This document shows, piece by piece, positions 63,242-64,000 of a stretch of DNA of 64,000 nucleotides. Location: the NCBI RefSeq assembly GCF_009914755.1, contig NC_060939.1. One strand, 5' to 3'. A program made the position numbers and the translations under genes. The notes under the pieces were generated by a model that made no database searches, was not told the origin of the DNA, and saw nothing but the letters and a program-made list of their open reading frames with translations. Numbering within the stretch: the first letter of the stretch is position 1; the number at the start of each line of letters is the position of its first letter. The stretch comes from the human T2T-CHM13v2.0 reference genome, Homo sapiens.

Positions 63242-64000
63242 TCATTTTTGTTACATTATGATTGAGTGAGTCTGTCCACTATATTTTGTAATCATATGTT
63301 AGTGGTAGAAAGATTCTGATTTTTACACCAGGCTACTTTAATCAATACTCTCATTAATTTCAATCACTTAACTCATTTTTTGGATCTTAACTGGTCAATT
63401 ACATATGGAAAAAATTATTTTTTTCCTCATTTCAAATTTGTATAATTCTTAGTTTTGTTCAGATCATAATGGACTAACTACAATTTACGTAAAATGTTAA
63501 ATAATACAGAGATGACTAGTCCGCATTTTCTAACTCCTTAGTTGATTTTTTGTTAACATTCCCCCAAGAACTTACAAAAAATTCAAGGTGAAGAAAGGGC
63601 GAGATAACTTTACTATTGAAGTATAAGAAACACCTTCATAGGAACTTAATCCATAACTTGCTTTTAGGGACAAAAGATTAATCTCAACAGACTAACAGGC
63701 AACCTACAGTAAAATATATAGCATACAGATATAAATGGGTCAAATTACTTAAAAGACAAAATAAAATTACCCTTCTTTGGAATAAAGTTCTAATTGGAAT
63801 GTTCAGATTCTCTTCTGCTAAAAGACTGTGAAACATCTTGTGTTCTTTAACATTCTACCAAAGTATGAAAATTTTAAAAGCCAAACCCTGAGTTTTGAAA
63901 CTATTGTGATCCTACCATATAAGTAGTCTTATAGCTTTTTGAAAATACTTTAAAAAATCTTAAGATTACCTATGTGCAACAACTGTTCCTGTCCAGTAAC

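Overview
Primate, almost certainly human, genomic DNA: AT-rich, CpG-poor and mostly nested interspersed repeats (L1PB, L1PA2, L1MA-ME, about 20 Alus, a MER34-type ERV1 provirus remnant, solo LTRs of LTR8, LTR47, MER41 and MER51 type, MST MaLRs, and hAT-Charlie and Tigger DNA transposons). The only host gene sequence I can support is the terminal coding exon and 3' UTR of ZNF280D on the minus strand (about 59300-61247). I recognised it from recalled protein sequence, which would place the window at human 15q21.3. A 5'-truncated hY3 RNA pseudogene lies in its last intron. Nearly all other ORFs in the track are repeat-derived or chance. I found no novel protein-coding system. The most unexplained signal is a recurring set of short (44-100 bp) same-orientation, non-tandem duplications 0.4-2.4 kb apart. 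There are also several tail-less or TSD-less retroelement insertions that look like DNA-break repair or internal-priming scars, and an antisense L1PA2-in-L1PB insertion that creates a long imperfect inverted repeat. Repeat subfamily names come from recalled consensus sequences, not a database search. Boundaries without a stated TSD are approximate.
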